DNA from: Callorhinchus milii
Taxonomy: Eukaryota
Direction of reading: 5' to 3'
Length of the DNA: 64,000 nucleotides
Assembly: GCF_018977255.1 (NCBI RefSeq)
Contig: NW_024704743.1
Span: 43,712,001-43,776,000, forward strand
The translations under genes and the position numbers were made by a program. How positions within the stretch are numbered: the stretch's first letter is position 1; every line of letters starts with the position of its first letter. Below are positions 62,771 to 64,000 of this stretch, in pieces. Under the pieces are notes generated by a model. That model was given only the letters and a program-made list of their open reading frames with translations, ran no database searches and was not told the origin of the DNA.

Positions 62771-63616
62771 TTCTGAACATCAAATCTTCAAATAAAGGAG
62801 CAGATCAGCAGTCACCAATGGCAATTGGTCCCACAATCATTTCTGCTTCACAGCCCATTTCAGCAGCAATTCTCCACCTCCACAAGATACTGGATTATAA
62901 TGAAGCAGTTTATATGCATAACAATCAAGATTAACATAAAACCTGCCTGCAGGAAAGACGTTTTATTTGATCTGCTGTTTATTCTATTTCTTTTCAACAA
63001 ACTGCTCATTCGCATTCTGTGCCCCCTGCAGCCTTCCACAGTTATGTGTGATCTGGGAGAATAACGAGAGTCAGGGACACAGATTTCTCCATGATTGCCA
63101 TTATCAATATATCAATATCAGTATGTTCTGTGAAGTGCTTTGAGGCATCTAGAACACGTAGAAAACACTATATCAAATGCTAGGATTATTATTACTATTA
63201 TTATTATTATCAGAAATCTGATGCTGAGAAGAAAGAGGCTGTCTCTGAGTGAGGGAGCAGGAAACTAAATTGGCTGCCTGTAAGACAACCAGAGAAAGAT
63301 TGATGAATTCTGACATGTGATTGGGAATAGTGTATCCATCTGCTCAGATACAGGAACTCAGAGCTCAATTGAGCACTTGGTCACTAGGTTCAGGCCGGGT
63401 TTGCCCTGCCAGAAAGGCCATCCTGTCACCTGAATTGCTTAGGTGGTCATGAAGAACTAGTTCAGGTCTGCATTGGCTTTTGACAATTTGGGGCTCAGAA
63501 GAGTTTGTGGAGGTCTAACAATATATTCTATCTACAAATAAATATATATTTTGTTTAAAAATAATGAATTGTTTTAGTCTAATGTATTTAATATTTAAGC
63601 CAACAGTGGGATTCAA

Positions 63617-64000
63617 TAACAACAAGATTACATTTGTATAGCGCCTTTCATGACGGGAGAACGTCCCAAGGCGCTGGACAGTGTACAACATTTCAGACCC
63701 GAGCTGGGGTCAGGGGGGAGAAGGGAAGGGAATGGAAGGGTGAGTGACCAATGGCATGGTCAAAGAGGAGGGTTTTGAGGTAGGACTTGAAGAAAGCTAG
63801 GGAGGGGGTGAGGCGGAGTGATTGGGGGATGCAATTCCAGAGGTTGGGGGCAGAGTGGCTGAAGGCTTTCCTGCCTTCCTGGTGGGGCGAGTGGGTCAGG
63901 GAATGTGGAGTAGGGCAGAGCCAGCTGAGCGGAGGGAGCTGGCGGGTTAATAGGGGGTTAGGAGGTCGCAGAGGTAGGGTGGGGCGAGGCCGGAGGGCTT
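63617..64000 (-). mobile_element. L2 3' end, continues past the window end
   Basis: AACAACAAGATTACATTTGTATAGCGCCTTTCATGACGGGAGAACGTCCCAAGGCGCTGG followed by G-rich L2 body. Confidence 0.9.

Overview
This window is eukaryotic, repeat-rich, AT-rich non-coding DNA, most likely from a cartilaginous fish and possibly a chimaera; that assignment is inferred from the repeat families alone. I can support no host protein-coding gene, rRNA, real tRNA gene or CRISPR array. Every ORF with a recognisable product is a decayed LINE ORF2 fragment. The main content is: (1) CR1-clade LINE fragments with (ATTCTATG)n-type tails, the best at 1-2326; (2) L2-clade LINE fragments with (TTG)n tails; (3) a young tRNA-Ala-like SINE with an (ATT)n tail, in long and short subfamilies; (4) an older DeuSINE/SacSINE1-like SINE; (5) a hAT/Charlie-like MITE with an internal 26-bp hairpin (2 copies); (6) an old A-tailed repeat family I cannot name (about 8 copies). 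The most interesting observations are a 3' stem-loop shared by the SINE and L2 whose loop in the youngest SINE copies matches the L2 loop, deletions of the RT catalytic core in the two longest LINEs, recurrent antisense SINE-in-SINE nesting, several local templated duplications, and repeat-free motif-dense blocks that may be enhancers. Boundaries of old repeats were placed by eye and are approximate.
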